A stretch of 64,000 nucleotides of DNA from Penicillus capitatus. Lineage: Eukaryota > Plantae > Chlorophyta. The stretch lies in assembly GCA_965649825.1 (NCBI GenBank), contig OZ287696.1, forward strand, positions 2,109,724-2,173,723, in the 5' to 3' direction. Positions 60,501 to 64,000 of the stretch are shown piece by piece; the stretch's first letter is position 1; the number at the start of each line of letters is the position of its first letter. The position numbers were made by a program, and so were the translations under genes. Under the pieces are notes generated by a model. It was not told the DNA's origin, did no database searches, and worked only from the letters and a program-made list of their open reading frames with translations.

Positions 60501-62691
60501 AGGGATGCAGGACAACTTCGATGAGATCAGTCTAGAAGATGAAGACTTGGAAGATGTGACAGCACTTTCCTCCCAAATGGCTCCGCCGTTTGAAATGGAA
60601 CGGTATACGACGACTTTTCACGTGGATATCTTGAAGCTTAGTGACCCGAATGCTGCTCGTCTGCTGTCCGTCGAAGCTCGAAACGCAACACATGTGATTG
60701 TGCTCTGTGGACCACCAGAGCCATCTCAACACAACCGAGTGCGTGCGTTCAGCTGCATAGGTTTCTTGAACAATGTCCTTTCTGCAGGACTCAGGCAGTA
60801 AAACGGCATTTGTGAGGATTGAAGGCTACCCAAAAAGACACTGTCGTGCCGAAAGAATCAATTACATTCGTGAAACCTTGATTGGAGATAGACTGTTGAT
60901 CATACCGAGACGGCTACAGCCTGAAACGCCCTCAACCAGAATCGAAGTCTCAGGTCAATTCCTCGAAGACATCCACCATGATTATCAAGACACCCCGCTG
61001 TTGAACAAACGCAAAGACCTCTGCCTGCGTTACAGTGGTCTCTGGTCTTAGGGATCAAGATACTGGTGGAGAGAAGATCATGGCTAAGGCGTTTGAGGGA
61101 GTATACCTAACCAATGCGTCGTTGAGTTTTGATGTCCGCGTCACAGCCGAAGACAACGTCACATCAAATCTCTATCGTTTTGTCTTTGGTCCATCAGGAA
61201 GTCCCTATGAACTCACTGCTGCTGGAAGCTCATTTGACATGCAACAGAATCCTCAGGAGGATGAGAGAGCAAACCAGAGCAGGTCTGAAGGACAGATGTC
61301 TCATCAAAGGACATCAAAGAATCATTGGTGTGAGGAGTGTCCTTCTGGAACGTTCTCCATTGGCGTCGACGCACTACAGTGTGCCTTGTGTCGACCAGGA
61401 CGCTATGCCAGTCAGCCTGGCAGTTTTCGGTGCAATGAATGTCCCGAGGGCACATTTACATACACTTGGGGATCCGACAGCTGCAGGTACCGTCTTAAAG
61501 ACAATACGTCTTTGCTGGTATTCATGGCGCAGCACTGGTCGTTTTGGAATTGATAGTCTTCTGATGTCGTTGTCCCAAGAGCTGTTCTTTTGGTGTTTCT
61601 CTCTCAGAATTCCGCAAACCTTCATCCAATGAGATGACTGACAATCGTTACCTCTGCGTTTAGGCCCTGTATGTTTGGCAGTGCAACAAACAGACGAGGA
61701 TCACAGTACTGCCACTTGTGTCCTGAAGGATATATGACAGAAAGAGATGGATCTGCTCACTGTACTGTTCTCATCGAGTCAACAGATCTACGAAGGCACT
61801 ATGCAGTCATCGCCTCTTTTGATGTACTGCTCGACGGGACATCTCTAGAAGAGATTGAGGATCTCGGAACATGTATACCTATCAAAGATCGCTATGGCAT
61901 ACCATACCATCTGTGTTTGTAGCGGTACACGCATCAGGCCTCGTCGTTTTGAAGATGCTGGTCCGAACAGATGTGGCAGAAGCGTTGAACATATCTGTCG
62001 GTGATGTGACAATCAGGGATGTCCTGCCTGTTGGCTATCATGCCTTGTCGATTGATGTGGACACCACTTTCAAAGTGGAGGTGTCAAACGATGCCGAACC
62101 TGAAGAGGTGCATCGTAAACTGGAATACACGCTGTTACATGGCGACGATGCCGTCAGCCAATTGGCTAATGAACCTGATCGTGTCTTCAATCGAACAACG
62201 AGGGCCACCCATACCAAAGCCAAGGTGAGCAACAGCACTGCACTCTGTAAATATCTCTGCCGTTTTTGCGTTAAGATCGCCAAAGACAGCAAGAAACTGA
62301 GGGAATCTCGTCCCAATGATGTTGGGAATGCGGAGACGGAATTCATGTCTCCCATTATTGGCATCTGTTGCCTCATCATCATCGTCTGTTCCTTTTTTGC
62401 TTATGCGAGAATTCGAAAAAACAGGGCGCGGACTAAACATTCCAAATCCTTAACCTGGTATGCATTCTGTATGATACATATATGCGGGGGCGATGGCACC
62501 ATCCTCTTTTATTCCAGGACTGTCTTGGGAGAATCTTCGGAGAGCAGCAGTGGACGCGAAATGGAAGAAAGGACACCTCCAATAAGATCCGTACGGTAAG
62601 GTTCTTTCCTCTTGATCTCCACAGTAACGTCTCTCCATACAACAGCTTCAGGCCCCGAGGGCTGACGACTCCAACCAGCTGGAATCCGTAA
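57543..62691 (+). CDS. Large single-pass cell-surface protein (signal peptide, IPT/TIG-like, Calx-beta-like, cadherin-like, Cys-rich GCC/ephrin-like repeats, TM)
   Basis: Signal peptide MASVDFAFFLIVVGLLG; VVQIIPSILPAYG; VTWKAGETGIKHFTV and LYWKRGDVQRTIVLPV; VRVTAEDNVTSNLY; CEECPSGTF...CRPGRY...CPEGTF...CPEGY; TM segment IIGICCLIIIVCSFFAYARI. Confidence 0.75.
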
Positions 62692-63133
62692 AGAGTTCCA
62701 TGTCTTGTCTCATCATACCGTCTGATTGCTCTCTTCATAGCACACTGAGAGATTATTTTACACCACATCTGTTTGACATAGATTCCTAGAAAGTGCCTTC
62801 TGAATTCCATGAAACACGAGCGAGCCATCCATGGCGATATGCGCGAACGTTCTCTTTCCTTTGTTGCCATCATGAAGAGCCCTTAACCGAGAATCTATTT
62901 CGTGCCACTTCACCATGTGCGATCATCGTAACAGCTGAAAGTCGCACGTCCCATCGCGACTGGGAGGTAAAAAAACAAAACAGAGGGAGGGCACTCACGG
63001 ATGACGAACGGTTGTAAAAGAATTCATACCACCACCATCGTTATCAACAGTTCCCTCAACAACAATACCGCTTGTTCTTTCCCTTCTGAGTATCAGAAAT
63101 CCATTGCTTGAATATCCAACCGCCCCCCCCCAA

Positions 63134-64000
63134 TTAACTGCTGGTCTTGTGTCGACGATCGATATACGGACGAACGGATGCGGATAGATTCTGGATGTCC
63201 TCCCCGATCTCAGATTGCTCGAGATGCTCAGAAAAGTCCATACTGGTTCTCACTGCTTGTTTACGTTTGGCGTCGCCGACGCTCAAGAAGTAGATTCCCA
63301 GCCACATGACTGCCACAACGAAAGCAGGATGTGCGACCCATTGTAGCAACAATAGACGAAGCAGAATGATCCAGAGGACAAGGAAGACAACAATGAATAA
63401 CGCGTTCGCTGGAGCGATGTGCTTGACTAGGAGAGTGGCTTCGCGGACGACGTTCGAAAATCGAATCGCCGGAGGCAGCTTCACCGTAACAGTGTGCCAC
63501 ATCTGAGTCGCTAAGGATGGCCGATACTGATAAGCTGTGGAGCCCGCGGCCTGAGACGGTCGGTCATCCAACAACTGACACATGTGGCCACTTCTTAGAC
63601 AAGTCATACGAGATTCGAGGGTTTCACTTTATAGTATTCATTCAGCAGGAGGGCGACTCCTGGCTGACATAGATCTGTCTGTATCTTGGCTGTTTTCCCT
63701 TCGCATTCGAGGGAAACAGCATCGTTTTCGCTTTCTGGGGTGATTTCGGACGCCGCTGTCGTGGTCGTGTCTGATGTATACTGTTGTTCTCTGGTCGAAG
63801 TTCCGATTCTGAAGCTGTAGTCTGTGTCACTATTGACGACATCGTTTATCGCTGCTATCTGCTCCAGAGACTTCGTTATCGCCACATCTTCGGCGGCGCG
63901 AGGATTGGCGTCGAAATGACAGGGCTCTTCCAGCCAAGAGACTAAGAAGGCGACATTCTCCACAGGAAAGCCAGACTTGGTTTGTGCCATCGTCGACCTG
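63134..64000 (-). CDS. 3' part of an uncharacterised membrane protein (continues beyond the window)
   Basis: Exons 63604-63990 and 63134-63607, with two hydrophobic segments near the C-terminus. Confidence 0.5.

Overview
Nuclear DNA of a compact-genome, flagellated green alga (Chlorophyta; inferred from a NAB1 orthologue, CFAP299 and an ACR protein). It uses the standard genetic code, and the introns I resolved are short (~45-80 nt) and GT-AG. Two gene-dense blocks flank a ~20 kb island of repeats and decayed genes. The left block (1-21.3 kb) holds an MBOAT wax-synthase-like gene, THADA, NAB1, Furry, ACR and CFAP299. The island (21.6-41.4 kb) holds a tRNA-like relic, a 9-bp minisatellite, a decayed Ty3/Gypsy element (nested TG..CA insert; RNase H joined directly to a duplicated host gene fragment), three copies of a 164-aa orphan gene, a run of pseudogenes (EamA, alpha/beta hydrolase, metacaspase, TMEM234, one unknown), and a truncated Penelope-like element preceded by 93-bp repeats. 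The right block (41.5-64 kb) holds ALKBH8, SDF2, SERRATE, a 1169-aa disordered tail-anchored protein, a large cell-surface protein and several unknowns. The most interesting observation is a 4-exon gene at 55871-57306 (-) whose predicted splicing joins a divergent WOX-like homeodomain in frame to a PHI/HxlB-type SIS (sugar isomerase) domain. This would be a eukaryotic HTH+SIS architecture analogous to bacterial RpiR regulators. All family assignments come from motif recognition from memory, not database searches, and all splice models are manual.
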